From NCBI GenBank assembly GCA_031291515.1, contig JARLIW010000226.1, positions 935-64,934 on the forward strand: a DNA stretch of 64,000 bases, given 5' to 3'. The stretch is from Beijerinckiaceae bacterium (GTDB lineage: Bacteria; Pseudomonadota; Alphaproteobacteria; Rhizobiales; Beijerinckiaceae). Shown here piece by piece: positions 46,009-56,671 of this stretch (its first letter is position 1; each line of letters opens with the position of its first letter). The notes below the pieces were generated by a model. It saw only the letters and a program-made list of their open reading frames with translations. It did no database searches and was not told the origin of the DNA. Both the position numbers and the translations under genes were made by a program.

Positions 46009-46767
46009 ATGATGGATACTCTTACGGAAATCAAACCGAATCCACGAAATGGAACGGCGCCGGGCGCGACGCCGCGGATCCTTGTCGTGGAAGACGAAGA
46101 AACGCTCAGCGTGCTCCTGTCCTACAATTTGGAGTCGGAGGGCTTCGCGGTCGAATGTGTCGAGCGGGGCGACGAAGCGGATTTGCGGCTGATCGAGGCG
46201 CCGCCGGATCTCGTGATCCTGGATTGGATGTTGCCCGGTGTCTCCGGACTCGAGATTTGCCGCCGCATGCGCGCGCGTCAGGCGACGCGGACCTTGCCGG
46301 TCATCATGCTGACGGCGCGCGGCGAGGAAAGCGAGCGCGTCCGTGGGCTTTCGACCGGCGCCGATGATTATATCGTCAAGCCGTTCTCGGTCCCTGAACT
46401 GATCGCGCGCGTCCGCGCGCTGTTGCGCCGCGCCAGTCCCGATCGCGTGGCCTCGCGGCTTTCGGCCGGCGATCTCGAACTGGATCGCCAAAACTGGCGG
46501 GTTCACCGAGCGTCTCGGGTGGTTCACCTCGGTCCCACCGAATTCCGTCTGCTCGAATATCTCATGGCGAAGCCTGGCCGGGTTTTTTCGCGCGCGCAAT
46601 TGTTGGACAGCGTTTGGGGCCTCTCGGCGGAAATCGACGAGCGGACCGTCGACGTACATGTCGGGCGTTTGCGGAAGGCGTTGTCGCAAAATGGCGAGTT
46701 GGACCCGATCCGCACCGTGCGCGGCGCCGGTTACGCGTTCGACGAGACGTTTGGCAGCGGCGGCTGA
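46009..46767 (+). CDS. phoB: response regulator PhoB
   Basis: LDWMLPG, GADDY, GPTEFRLL, RTVDVHVGRLRK. Confidence 0.96.
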   Translation: MMDTLTEIKPNPRNGTAPGATPRILVVEDEETLSVLLSYNLESEGFAVECVERGDEADLRLIEAPPDLVILDWMLPGVSGLEICRRMRARQATRTLPVIMLTARGEESERVRGLSTGADDYIVKPFSVPELIARVRALLRRASPDRVASRLSAGDLELDRQNWRVHRASRVVHLGPTEFRLLEYLMAKPGRVFSRAQLLDSVWGLSAEIDERTVDVHVGRLRKALSQNGELDPIRTVRGAGYAFDETFGSGG

Positions 46768-47039
46768 TTGAGGCGAGGGCGCATTCGCTGGGCCGCGCCT
46801 GATTGCAAATGACACCCTGAATGATCCGGTGGGGGCTGCCCCTGTGAGGGGGGCCCTCCGAGACCGGCGCCAATCCCGCGGAAATCGGCGCCGTCCATGG
46901 CGTCGACCGGGATCGTCGTTAGGGACATGCTCCCATATGGCCTATCGCTTGGAAACGCGACCAAGCGATAGAGAACGCGCTTTTGCGCTCAAGGCGATTT
47001 CCTCGGTCACGAACGCCGCGAATTTTCGCGGGCCGCGCT

Positions 47040-47573
47040 CTAAGCGATCCGACGTTCGCGGCGACGGTCTTGCGTGGGCTGGTAGGCCATGCGGCTATGA
47101 ATGTTGCAATAAGGGCCTTCGCCAGCCGGGGTTTTCCCGCCGCAATAGCGAAAGTCGGCGCTGGTGGGATCGCCCATCGGCCAGCGGCACATCGACTCCC
47201 GCAACTCCATGATGGTGACGTGTTCGCACATCGGCACGACCACGTCGGTCGTTGCGCGCAGTGCCTGCGGCAAAGGCACGGGCGCGGCGTGGTGCATGGC
47301 AAGCGCGGTATTGCCGCGCATTGGCATTGCGGCCGCCCGGGGTTGCGGGGCGGGGGCACGGACCGGCGATTGCGGCGCGGTCTTGGGCCGGGCGCGCGCG
47401 GGACTGACCGGCATGGCCGCTTTTTCCCGGCCGGAAAGACCGAGACGATGGACCTTGCCGATGACCGCGTTACGCGTGACGCCTGCCGCTAACTCCGCGG
47501 CGATCCGGCTCGCGCTGTGGCCATCGAGCCAGAGTTTCTTCAGTAGCTCGACCCGTTCATCGGTCCAGGACAT
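47040..47573 (-). CDS. gcrA: cell-cycle regulator GcrA
   Basis: MSWTDERVELLKKLW..TRNAVIGKVHRLGL, CRWPMGDP..YC..H. Confidence 0.96.
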   Translation of the reverse strand: MSWTDERVELLKKLWLDGHSASRIAAELAAGVTRNAVIGKVHRLGLSGREKAAMPVSPARARPKTAPQSPVRAPAPQPRAAAMPMRGNTALAMHHAAPVPLPQALRATTDVVVPMCEHVTIMELRESMCRWPMGDPTSADFRYCGGKTPAGEGPYCNIHSRMAYQPTQDRRRERRIA

Positions 47574-47654
47574 CGCCTTCTCCTAAGCAATCATGACCAC
47601 GTGTGGCCGGGTTGGCCCGTGACGCCCGCGGTTTCACGGGTTTCACGCAGCTAC

Positions 47655-47915
47655 GAATCCATCAATCAACGCTGCGCCGGTAAACCGGCGTCGTCCAACG
47701 CAGTACGCTTGATGAAAGCCTGCCGCACGAGATGTCGTGTTCGACAGAGGCGAAGTTACACTAGACGTTGAATCCGGCGCAAGAGTCGTAACACTTCGTT
47801 AAGTGTTTTCAACAAGTGCTTGCACAGAGAGTCGGGCATTTCTGGACGTTCGGGATTCAAAGCGGGAACAAAACGGAATCGACCCGCAGAAAGACGGGTG
47901 TCGGTTTTTTGAATC
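47655..47915. promoter_or_regulatory. gcrA/argD control region: CtrA-like box and seven GANTC sites
   Basis: Minus-strand TTAA-N7-TTAC at 47788-47802; GANTC at 47655, 47770, 47783, 47829, 47854, 47876, 47911. Confidence 0.65.
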
Positions 47916-48113
47916 GGCTGCTTGCCCTGTGTGTAACCGTGGATCGCCTTCGTTTCTGCTTGCCATATCCGCAAAATCACATAATCGCTCGCGGGATTTG
48001 ACCCAAGGGCCAGAAGTCCTTAAAAAGTGGTCACACGTCGTTTCGCGCCGCCCCGTGGGGCGGCCTTTTGCGTTATGACCCCTCGGCATTCCTTCTCGAT
48101 AAAGGATTGGGAC

Positions 48114-49316
48114 GTGACCTCGTCTTTGCTACCGACCTATGCGCGATACCCTCTTGCTTTCGCTCGCGGCGAAGGCGTTTGGCTCGAAACCGCCGAGGGC
48201 GGGCGCTATCTCGATCTTGGCGGTGGCATTGCCGTGGCGTCGCTCGGCTATTCGCATCCGCACCTTGTCGCGGCCTTGATCGAGCAGGGCGGCAAGCTGT
48301 GGCACACGTCGAACCTGTTCCAAATCCCGCAGGCCGAACGCCTCGCCGCGCGGCTGACGGCGGCCTGTTTCGCCGATTATGTCTTTTTCACCAATTCGGG
48401 CGCCGAGGCGCTCGAGGGGGCGATCAAGACCGCGCGGAAGTATCACGCCGTGGGCGGTCATCCCGAGCGCTTCCATATCATTACGTTCGAAGGCGCCTTT
48501 CACGGGCGCACCTACGCGACCATCGCGGCGGGCGGGAACGAAAAATATATCGAGGGTTTCGGTCCCAAGGCGCCGGGCTTCGATAAGGTGCCGTTTGGCG
48601 ATCTTGCGGCGGTCAAGGCCGCGATCGGGCCGCAGACCGCCGCGATCCTGGTGGAGCCAATTCAGGGTGAAGGCGGCGTCCGCGTGCCGCCGCATGCCTT
48701 TTTACGCGGGCTTCGCGAGCTCTGCGATCAAAACGGTCTGCTTCTCATCGTCGACGAGGTTCAATCCGGGGTCGGCCGGACAGGCAAGCTTTTTGCCTAT
48801 CAACATTCCGGAATCGAACCCGACATTATGGCGATCGCGAAAGGCATTGGCGGCGGGTTTCCGCTCGGTGCTTTCTTGACGACCTTCGAAGCTGGGAAGG
48901 GCATGACGGTCGGCACCCATGGCACCACGTTTGGTGGCAATCCGCTCGCGACGGCGGTCGGCAACGCCGTGCTCGACGTCGTGCTCGAGCCTGGATTCAT
49001 CGAGAGCGTCGCGGCCAAGGGTCTATTGTTCAAGCAGCGTCTCGCGGCGTTGCGGGACACCTATCCTTCCGTCATTGCCGAAGTGCGCGGCGAGGGGCTG
49101 ATGCTCGGCCTGAAGCTTAACGTACCGGCGGCCGATTTCGCCGCTGCTGGCCGCGCCGAGCACGTGCTCGTGATTCCGGCCGCCGATAATGTCGTGCGTT
49201 TGATTCCGCCGCTGATCATCTCGGAGGATGAAATCGCGGAGGGCGTGGCTCGCCTTGGCGCCGCGTGCGGGCATTTCAAGGCGATGGACGATGCTCGAAA
49301 AGGGGCGGCTGAATGA
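48114..49316 (+). CDS. argD: acetylornithine aminotransferase
   Basis: LLPTYAR, NSGAEA, FHGRT, DEVQSG.GRTG, AKGIGGG. Confidence 0.94.
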   Translation: MTSSLLPTYARYPLAFARGEGVWLETAEGGRYLDLGGGIAVASLGYSHPHLVAALIEQGGKLWHTSNLFQIPQAERLAARLTAACFADYVFFTNSGAEALEGAIKTARKYHAVGGHPERFHIITFEGAFHGRTYATIAAGGNEKYIEGFGPKAPGFDKVPFGDLAAVKAAIGPQTAAILVEPIQGEGGVRVPPHAFLRGLRELCDQNGLLLIVDEVQSGVGRTGKLFAYQHSGIEPDIMAIAKGIGGGFPLGAFLTTFEAGKGMTVGTHGTTFGGNPLATAVGNAVLDVVLEPGFIESVAAKGLLFKQRLAALRDTYPSVIAEVRGEGLMLGLKLNVPAADFAAAGRAEHVLVIPAADNVVRLIPPLIISEDEIAEGVARLGAACGHFKAMDDARKGAAE

Positions 49317-50269
49317 CACGAGTGCTCTTTTCGGATGCCGCGCGGGAAACCCGGCATTTTCTCGATCTTTCGGTGGTGAGCGCCGCGGATTTGCGTCACA
49401 TCATCGATACGGCCGCGGCGATCAAGGCGAGCTGGCGGCGGGGCACGCCCGCGCGGGACCGGCCCTTGGCCGGCAAGTCCTTGGCGATGATCTTCGACAA
49501 GCCCTCGACCCGCACGCGCGTCTCGTTCGATCTCGCCATGCGCCAACTCGGCGGCGAGACGATCATGCTGACGGGCAAGGAAATGCAGCTCGGCCGCGGC
49601 GAGACGATCGCCGACACGGCGCGGGTCTTGTCGCGCTTCGTCGACGCGATCGTGATCCGTATTCTGTCGCATGACGACATGCTCGAACTGGCCAGCAATG
49701 CGAGCATTCCCGTCATCAACGGGCTGACCAAGCGTTCGCATCCGTGCCAGGTCATGGCCGACATCCTGACTTTCGAGGAACATAAAGGCCCTATCGCGGG
49801 CAAGACCGTCGCCTGGGTCGGGGACTCCAATAATGTCTTGGCGAGCTGGATCCATGCGGCCCAAGCTTTCGGGTTCAAAATCAATGTCGCCGCGCCGGTG
49901 CCTTTGGGCGTCCCGCAAGAGACGCTGGATTGGGCGCTCGCGACAGGCACAAAACTGACCACCACCGTCGATCCCTACGCCGCTGTCGATGGCGTGGACT
50001 GTGTCATCTCGGATTGCTGGGTTTCGATGGGAGACGAGGACGAAAGCCTGCGCCACAATCTTCTCTCGCCCTATCAGGTCAATGCCAAGCTGATGGCCGC
50101 GGCGGATAAGGACGCGATCTTCATGCATTGCCTGCCCGCTCATCGCGGCGAGGAGGTGACCGACGACGTCATTGACGGGCCGCAGTCCGTTGTCTTCGAC
50201 GAGGCCGAGAACCGTTTGCATGCGCAAAAGGGCATTTTGGCCTGGTGCCTGGGAGCTTCGGATCGATGA
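49313..50269 (+). CDS. argF: ornithine carbamoyltransferase
   Basis: STRTR, HPCQ, FMHCLP. Confidence 0.96.
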   Translation: MTRVLFSDAARETRHFLDLSVVSAADLRHIIDTAAAIKASWRRGTPARDRPLAGKSLAMIFDKPSTRTRVSFDLAMRQLGGETIMLTGKEMQLGRGETIADTARVLSRFVDAIVIRILSHDDMLELASNASIPVINGLTKRSHPCQVMADILTFEEHKGPIAGKTVAWVGDSNNVLASWIHAAQAFGFKINVAAPVPLGVPQETLDWALATGTKLTTTVDPYAAVDGVDCVISDCWVSMGDEDESLRHNLLSPYQVNAKLMAAADKDAIFMHCLPAHRGEEVTDDVIDGPQSVVFDEAENRLHAQKGILAWCLGASDR

Positions 50270-51252
50270 CGTCAGCCGGGCCGACTGGCTTCCCAGAGAT
50301 ACGTCCCGTATCCGATGAAGGTCACGACGATCGCGTCCTTCCCTATGCGGTGGAACCGCTCGACGTGCGCGGGCGGGTCGTGCGGCTCGGCGCCTCGATC
50401 GACCATATTCTGTCGCAACATGCCTATCCCAAGCCGGTGGCCCGACTGGTCGGGGAAGCCGCCGCGCTGACCGTGCTGCTCGGCTCCGCCCTGAAAATGC
50501 AGGGGCGCTTTCAACTGCAGACGAAGAGCGATGGCGTGATCGACATGCTCGTCGTCGATTTCGACGCGCCGGACCGGATCCGCGCTTTTGCGCGCTACGA
50601 TGCCGCCCGTTTGGACGCCGCGCCACAACACGCCGATCTGCTCGGGCAAGGCCATCTTGCTTTCACGATCGACCAGGGCGACGCTTCGTCGCGCTATCAA
50701 GGCATTGTCGCGTTGGAAGGGCAGGGGCTCGAGGCCGCGGCGCATGAATATTTCCTGCGTTCCGAGCAAATCCCGACGTTGGTCCGCCTCGCGGTCGCCG
50801 AAAACGTGACCGGGGAAGGGACCGCTTGGCGCGCCGGCGGCCTCATCGTGCAGTTTCTGCCATCCTCGTCCGAACGCCAGCGCCAGGCCGATCTCCATCC
50901 CGGCGATGCGCCGGACGATTTCGTATCCGATGCGGCCGCGCCCGACGAGGCCTGGGTCGAGGCTTGCGCCTTGATCGAGACGATCGAGGACCACGAACTC
51001 GTCGATCCCACTTTGTCGAGCGAACGGTTGCTCTACCGGCTGTTCCACGAACGCGGCGTCACGGTGTTCGAGCCGCAAGCCGTCCACGACGCGTGCCGCT
51101 GCTCACGCGAGGGGATCGAGGCGATGCTGCGCCGGTTCTCGCCGCAAGAGCGCAAGGACATGATTGGCGACGACGGAAAAATCGGCGTGACATGCGAGTT
51201 CTGCTCGGTGAAACGCGAGTTCGAGCCGGAGGAATTTGAAGCGGAGGCGTGA
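50266..51252 (+). CDS. hslO: Hsp33 redox chaperone
   Basis: YF.RSEQIPT, CRCS..CEFC zinc switch. Confidence 0.94.
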   Translation: MTSAGPTGFPEIRPVSDEGHDDRVLPYAVEPLDVRGRVVRLGASIDHILSQHAYPKPVARLVGEAAALTVLLGSALKMQGRFQLQTKSDGVIDMLVVDFDAPDRIRAFARYDAARLDAAPQHADLLGQGHLAFTIDQGDASSRYQGIVALEGQGLEAAAHEYFLRSEQIPTLVRLAVAENVTGEGTAWRAGGLIVQFLPSSSERQRQADLHPGDAPDDFVSDAAAPDEAWVEACALIETIEDHELVDPTLSSERLLYRLFHERGVTVFEPQAVHDACRCSREGIEAMLRRFSPQERKDMIGDDGKIGVTCEFCSVKREFEPEEFEAEA

Positions 51253-51289
51253 GTTCGACCTTGCTTGTTTGGCAAGAAAATTCAGCGTT

Positions 51290-52462
51290 CTAACTCAGCG
51301 CCGCCGCGAGCCGGTGCATGAAGGTAATCCCGGCCTCGATCTCGCGTCCTTCGATATATTCGTCGGGCTGATGCGCTTGGTCGATCGAGCCGGGGCCGCA
51401 CACGATGGTCGAGATCCCGGCGCGTTGGAATTGGCCGGCCTCGGTCGCGAAGGAGACGGTGCCGGTCGCGTTCGAGCGCGTCAGCGATTTCACCAAGGTT
51501 TCCGCTGGCGACCCCGGTTCTGGCGCGAGGCCGGGAACTTCGTGATCGGCATGGGTCTCGATCCGCGCGTCTTTCGCATGGCGGCTCAGTTTCGGCAGAA
51601 CCACGCGCGCGGCATAATCGTCGAGATGGGCGCGCGCGCTTCCTTGATCGACATTGGGAAGGCCACGAAATTCCCAATCGAAGGCGCAGCGCTTGGCCAT
51701 GATGTTGCGGGCCGTGCCGCCTTCGATCTTGCCGACATGGATCGTGGAAAAGGGCGGATCGAACAGGCCGGAAGGATCGCCCATCTCGCGCAGCGTCGCG
51801 GCGAAACGATAGAGTTCGGTGACGAGCTCGCACGCCGCTTCGACCGCGCTCGCGCCGAGATGCGGCTTGGAGGAATGGGCCTCCTTGCCGTGAACGATCG
51901 TCTTGTAGGTCGCGATGCTTTTATGCGCGTCGACGACCGCCATTTCCGTCGGTTCGCCGACAATCGCGATGGCCGGGCGGGGCAGATCGCGGCCGAAACG
52001 CGCGATCGTGTCGAGAGAGCCGAGGCAGCCGATCTCCTCGTCGTAGCTGAGAAGCAAATGGATCGGTGTCTTGAGCGCCGTCCTTTGGAACAGCGGCAGC
52101 ATGGCGAGACAAATCGCGTCGAACCCTTTCATGTCGCAAGTGCCGCGGCCATAAATCCGGCCGCCCTGCTGGCGCAGCAGGAAGGGTTCGCCGGTCCATT
52201 CTTGACCCTCGACGGGCACGACGTCGGTATGACCGGAGAGCACGACGCCGCCGTCGATCCTGGGTCCGATCGTCAAGAACAAGGCAGCCTTGTCGCCCTT
52301 GGCGTTGGGAACCCGGATCGACTCGATTTCAAGCCCGGCCAGATAGGATTCGACGAATTCGATCAGCGGCAGATTGGTCTTCGAGCTGACCGTATCGAAG
52401 GCGACAAGTCGCTCCAAAAGGTCGAGCACCGCCGCAAAATCGTCAGCCCGGTTTTTCGTCAT
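51290..52462 (-). CDS. argE: acetylornithine deacetylase
   Basis: LSGHTDVVP, GRGTCDMKG, DEEIGC, QAHQPDE. Confidence 0.93.
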   Translation of the reverse strand: MTKNRADDFAAVLDLLERLVAFDTVSSKTNLPLIEFVESYLAGLEIESIRVPNAKGDKAALFLTIGPRIDGGVVLSGHTDVVPVEGQEWTGEPFLLRQQGGRIYGRGTCDMKGFDAICLAMLPLFQRTALKTPIHLLLSYDEEIGCLGSLDTIARFGRDLPRPAIAIVGEPTEMAVVDAHKSIATYKTIVHGKEAHSSKPHLGASAVEAACELVTELYRFAATLREMGDPSGLFDPPFSTIHVGKIEGGTARNIMAKRCAFDWEFRGLPNVDQGSARAHLDDYAARVVLPKLSRHAKDARIETHADHEVPGLAPEPGSPAETLVKSLTRSNATGTVSFATEAGQFQRAGISTIVCGPGSIDQAHQPDEYIEGREIEAGITFMHRLAAALS

Positions 52463-52618
52463 CGCGGCCCCTCCCGGTTCCGGCGGCGTTGTTCGGATTC
52501 ATCAGGCCCTGTGAGATGCGACATGGCCTTTGCGGTAGCAAAAACGGGACCGTCCTTGTTCTCCTGGAACGTGTCGAGGAGGTCGGTCACGAACGCACGC
52601 GACCGTTGGCCATAAAGC

Positions 52619-53011
52619 TCAATTGATCACGCGCTGCGTAAATGGCGAGTCGAGCGAAAACGCGGGGATTTCGATTTCGAACGCAATGCCGGCTTCGTCC
52701 ACGACGCGATAGGTTCCCGACATAATGCCGGACGACGTCGAGAGCGGACAGCCCGACGTATAACGAAAGGTTTCGCCGGGCTTCAGGACGGGTTGCTCGC
52801 CGACGATGCCGGCGCCCTTCACTTCCTCGAGACGCCCATTCGCGTCGGTGATTTTCCAATGCCGCGCCGTGACTTGAACCGTCGCGCTGCTTTGATTGGC
52901 GATTTCGACGGTATAGGCCCAAAAATATTGGCCCTCGTCCACGTCGGATCGTTCCGGCACGAATTCCGGCAAGACGGTGACCTCGATATCCTTGGTGACG
53001 CAGCTATACAT
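52619..53011 (-). CDS. apaG: ApaG protein
   Basis: YFWAY.VEI.N, RHW.ITD, G.GIVGEQP, YTSGCPL. Confidence 0.94.
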   Translation of the reverse strand: MYSCVTKDIEVTVLPEFVPERSDVDEGQYFWAYTVEIANQSSATVQVTARHWKITDANGRLEEVKGAGIVGEQPVLKPGETFRYTSGCPLSTSSGIMSGTYRVVDEAGIAFEIEIPAFSLDSPFTQRVIN

Positions 53012-53142
53012 CGAAGAGCCATTCATTCCGAGTTTTCCCGTTTCTATCACGGGAGCGCCCGGTTTCCAAAGTTGTTTTGAGGTCGCCAAAGCTGTCGGAC
53101 TTTCGAAGAACCACCGTTATTTCATATCATTAGACGTCGCCG

Positions 53143-54357
53143 TCACTCGGCCGCCAGACCGGGCGCCCGGACGGCTTGAAGCGCTTGCGCGATATCGTCG
53201 ATCAGGTCTTGGGGATCCTCGAGCCCCACGGAGAGCCGGACCATGCCTTCGGTAATCCCCATCGCCGCGCGGGCTTCGGGGGTCAGGCGTTGATGCGTTG
53301 TCGTCGCGGGATGCGTGATGATGCTTTTGGCATCGCCGAGATTGTTGGAAATCGTGACGATCGATAGCGCGTTGGCGAAGCGAAACGCGCCGGCCTTGCC
53401 GCCGGCGAGGTCGAAGCTCACCAGCGTCGAGCCGCCCTTCATTTGCCGCTTGATCAAATCGGCTTGGGGATGGTCGTCCCGGCCGGGATAGATCACGCGT
53501 TCCACGCCGGGTTGCGTGGCGAGAAAATCGGCGATCGCGCCGGCGCTGCGGACCTGATGCGCGACGCGCACGGGCAAGCTCTCGAGCGATTTCAGCAGCA
53601 CCCAAGCATTGAAGGGCGAGAGCGCGGGGCCGGTCTGCCGGAGGTAATTGTGAAAATGCTGATCGATCAAGGCTTGGCTGGTCAAGATCACGCCGCCGAG
53701 GCAGCGCCCATGGCCATCGACATGTTTGGTCGCGGAATAGACGACGATATCGGCGCCGAGTTCGAGCGGCCGCTGCAGCATCGGCGTGGCGAACACGTTG
53801 TCCACCACGAGCGTGGCGCCGCCGGCATGGGCGATGTCGGCGATCGCGCGGATATCGTAGACTTCGAGACCAGGATTGGTCGGCGATTCCAGAAAGCAGA
53901 CCTTCGTCGTGGGCCGCATCGCCGCGCGCCATTGCTCGAGATCGCCACCGTCGACGAGCGTGGTCTCGACGCCAAAGCGCGGCAGAAGATCCTCGATGAT
54001 ATAGAGGCATGAGCCAAACAGCGCCCGGGCGGCCACGACGTGATCGCCGGCGCGCACCTGTCCCATGACGGAGGCCGTCACGGCGGCCATGCCGCTCGCC
54101 GTCGCGCGCGCGGCTTCGGCGCCTTCGAGCAGCGCCATGCGTTCCTCGAACATGGCAACGGTTGGATTGGAGTAGCGCGAGTAGATGAAGCCGGGCGTCT
54201 GGCCCTTGAAGCGCGCCTCCGCGACTTCCATTGATTCATAGACATAGCCCTGGGTCAGAAACAGCGCCTCGGACAATTCGCCGAAGCCGGAGCGCATCGT
54301 GCCGCCGTGAACGAGCTGGGTGGCGGGCCGCAAGCCCTGGACCTTTGACTGTGTCAT
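53143..54357 (-). CDS. metZ: O-succinylhomoserine sulfhydrylase
   Basis: RS.FGE.SEALFLTQGYVY, YSRYSNPT, YSATKH.DG.GR, NNLGDAKS. Confidence 0.93.
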   Translation of the reverse strand: MTQSKVQGLRPATQLVHGGTMRSGFGELSEALFLTQGYVYESMEVAEARFKGQTPGFIYSRYSNPTVAMFEERMALLEGAEAARATASGMAAVTASVMGQVRAGDHVVAARALFGSCLYIIEDLLPRFGVETTLVDGGDLEQWRAAMRPTTKVCFLESPTNPGLEVYDIRAIADIAHAGGATLVVDNVFATPMLQRPLELGADIVVYSATKHVDGHGRCLGGVILTSQALIDQHFHNYLRQTGPALSPFNAWVLLKSLESLPVRVAHQVRSAGAIADFLATQPGVERVIYPGRDDHPQADLIKRQMKGGSTLVSFDLAGGKAGAFRFANALSIVTISNNLGDAKSIITHPATTTHQRLTPEARAAMGITEGMVRLSVGLEDPQDLIDDIAQALQAVRAPGLAAE

Positions 54358-54419
54358 CTCGAAATTCCATCCTTCCGACGCCCGCCTCCGGCATTCCGCC
54401 GGGCGTGAGTTCCCAACGA

Positions 54420-54490
54420 ACCGGAAACGTCTTTAGTCCTAAACGCGCGAGAAGCCCCCATGCAAGCTCGTCGGGCTCTCGCCGCCTGAT
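54420..54490 (-). promoter_or_regulatory. candidate divergent SAM-II (SAM-alpha)-like leader of metZ
   Basis: Minus strand GCGAGAGCCC-GACGAGCTTGCATG-GGGGCTTCTCGC..GGACTAAAG; partial match to the GCTTGCA and CTAAAG elements. Confidence 0.35.
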
Positions 54491-54560
54491 TTCAGATGTG
54501 CGATAGGGAGGTCTTGCAGGCAGGGCTGCCGTGAAGCCCCGCGAATTGTGAAGTGCTGGT

Positions 54561-55730
54561 ATGACGATGACAGGACGCGAGACGCGCGAGAATAAGCAGG
54601 AGAAAACGGGCCACGACGCGCCGGGACTCTTGCCGCGCGAGGACATCGAGGCCTTGATTGCCCGGAAGGTCATTTCAGGCGATCGCGCGATCGAAGCCGC
54701 GCAAATCCAGCCCGCGAGCCTCGATTTGCGGCTCGGCGCAAAGGCCTACCGGGTGCGGGCGAGCTTTTTGACCGGGCGGGACCGCGACGTCGCGAGCCGG
54801 CTCGAGGCCTTGACCTCCGACACGGTCGATCTCTCTGGCGGCGGCGCGGTCTTGGAGCGCGGCTGCGTCTATGTCGTGCCGTTGCTGGAATCCCTCGCTC
54901 TTCCGGCCTCGCTCTCGGCGGCGGCAAATCCCAAGAGTTCGACGGGACGGCTCGATATTTTTACCCGTCTCATCACCGATGGGAGCGAGGTTTTCGATCA
55001 TGTCGCGCGCGGCTACGCGGGCAGGCTTTATGCCGAGGTTTCGCCGCGCAGTTTCAGCGTGCGCGTTCACGAGGGCTCGAAACTCAATCAGATCCGGTTT
55101 CGCCGCTGGGCGCCCGACGACGCCGGGACGGCCTTGGGGATCGACGACCGCGCGCTGTCGCGGTCACATGGCTTGATGCCGCTCGTGGATGGCGATCTCA
55201 ACCTGCGCGGCGGCTTGATCTTGCGCGTGGCCCTCAGCGCGGCGACGATCGGCGAGATCATCGGCTACAAGGCGCAAAAACATACGGATCCGGTCGACGT
55301 CGATCGCGTCGGCGCCTATGATCCACGAGAGTTTTGGGAGCCAATCCACGCGCGCCACGACGGCCGGTTGATCCTCGACCCCGGCGAATTCTACATTTTG
55401 GCGTCGCATGAGCGGCTCCACATTCCGCCCGAACTCGCCGCTGAAATGGTGCCGATCGATCCGGCCATGGGTGAGTTTCGGGTGCATTACGCCGGCTTTT
55501 TCGATCCTGGTTTCGGCTCGACGCCGGAGGGCCAGCCCGGAGCCCGGGCGGTCCTGGAAGTGCGTAGCCACGAAGTGCCGTTCATCTTGGAAGATGGGCA
55601 AGTGATCGGGCGGCTGGTCTATGAAAAGATGGCTGCCGCGCCGCGCCTTCTCTACGGCGAAGGTGGCGTGTCGAATTATCAGGGCCAGGGCCTGAAGCTT
55701 TCCAAGCACTTTCGAGCTTATGAGATCTGA
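54561..55730 (+). CDS. dcd: dCTP deaminase (long alphaproteobacterial form)
   Basis: QIQPASLDLRLG, NPKSSTGRLD, HYAGFFDPGFG, YQGQGLKLSKHF. Confidence 0.92.
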   Translation: MTMTGRETRENKQEKTGHDAPGLLPREDIEALIARKVISGDRAIEAAQIQPASLDLRLGAKAYRVRASFLTGRDRDVASRLEALTSDTVDLSGGGAVLERGCVYVVPLLESLALPASLSAAANPKSSTGRLDIFTRLITDGSEVFDHVARGYAGRLYAEVSPRSFSVRVHEGSKLNQIRFRRWAPDDAGTALGIDDRALSRSHGLMPLVDGDLNLRGGLILRVALSAATIGEIIGYKAQKHTDPVDVDRVGAYDPREFWEPIHARHDGRLILDPGEFYILASHERLHIPPELAAEMVPIDPAMGEFRVHYAGFFDPGFGSTPEGQPGARAVLEVRSHEVPFILEDGQVIGRLVYEKMAAAPRLLYGEGGVSNYQGQGLKLSKHFRAYEI

Positions 55731-55885
55731 GGAGGCTTGGCCGGACCCACCCCAGGACGAAACCTGGGCGGGGCGCCCCGAAAATGCGTGTAAATCTATT
55801 AATTTTCTATTAGAAACAATATGTTCTTTATTTGGCTCGTCTCTCGTTCCGCGGCCACGTTGATCCGGCATCTTGCATTTTTTGT

Positions 55886-55897
55886 TGCGATGCACAA
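55886..55897 (+). promoter_or_regulatory. PhaR/AniA-box-like motif
   Basis: TGCGATGCACAA within TTGTTGCGATGCACAA, about 50 bp before the GNAT gene. Confidence 0.5.
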
Positions 55898-55947
55898 TAT
55901 GGGTGAATAGCCAGTACAAAACGAATCAGGGAGGCAAATCAGGAGTA

Positions 55948-56550
55948 GTGGACGTGTCTCAGACCGAAAATCATACGCATACCGTCCGGCGGTTGTACGG
56001 ACCGGATCTCCCTCTTTTTCGGGAGCACCTGTTGCGCCTTGACTCCGAGACGCGCCATGACCGGTTTGGTCTTCAGGTTTCCGACGAATATCTCGAAAAT
56101 TATGCCGAACTCTGTTTCGCGCCCGGCGCGTTGACCTATGGCTATTTCGAGGATGGCGTGATCCGCGGCGGGGGCGAGCTGCGCATGTTCTCCTCGAAGG
56201 ATCACCCCAATCATCGCGACGGCGAGGCGGCGTTCAGTGTCGAGCTTCCTTGGCGCCGGTCGGGGATCGGCACCCAGCTGATGAAACATATCGTCTTGGC
56301 CGCGCGCAATCGCAGCATCGGCACGCTGACAATCGTTTGCCTGCGGAGTAACCAGGCCATGTTGCGGCTGGCTAAGAAATTCGAGGCCGAGCTCCAGTTC
56401 GAAATGAGCGAAGTGACTGGCCATCTCGTCGCGCGTTCCCCGACGGCCATGTCGCTCTGGCACGAATTCGTCGATAATACGCTCGATCTCGGCGCGTCCT
56501 TGATCGATTATCAAGGTCGCCTTCTCCACAGGACCGCGCACGAAGGCTAG
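55948..56550 (+). CDS. GNAT family acetyltransferase
   Basis: REHLLRLD..RHDRFG, EAAFSVE..WRRSGIG, N.AM.RLA.KF; AGGAG RBS. Confidence 0.88.
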   Translation: MDVSQTENHTHTVRRLYGPDLPLFREHLLRLDSETRHDRFGLQVSDEYLENYAELCFAPGALTYGYFEDGVIRGGGELRMFSSKDHPNHRDGEAAFSVELPWRRSGIGTQLMKHIVLAARNRSIGTLTIVCLRSNQAMLRLAKKFEAELQFEMSEVTGHLVARSPTAMSLWHEFVDNTLDLGASLIDYQGRLLHRTAHEG

Positions 56551-56580
56551 TGGTTCTCGTGGAGAAAGCGGTGCGCGCGA

Positions 56581-56609
56581 TTGTCACCGCGCGCTGGCCG
56601 CGCTAGGGT
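56581..56609 (+). promoter_or_regulatory. sigma70-type promoter of tRNA-Gly
   Basis: TTGTCA-N17-TAGGGT, ending 8 nt before the tRNA 5' end. Confidence 0.65.
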
Positions 56610-56617
56610 AAATCCAC

Positions 56618-56659
56618 GCGGGCGTAGTTCAATGGCAGAACGGAAGCTTCCCAAGCTTC
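56618..56659 (+). tRNA. tRNA-Gly(CCC), 5' half only (prophage att junction)
   Basis: GCGGGCG acceptor 5' strand; D-arm GTTC-AATGGCA-GAAC; anticodon arm GAAGC-TTCCCAA-GCTTC; no T-arm or 3' acceptor strand follows. Confidence 0.88.
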
Positions 56660-56671
56660 GCCAATGTGCCC

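Noticed and set aside
46820-46920. GC-rich hairpins between phoB and gcrA as a possible ncRNA
   Set aside because: Explainable as terminators of convergent genes or chance pairing; no recognisable family motif.
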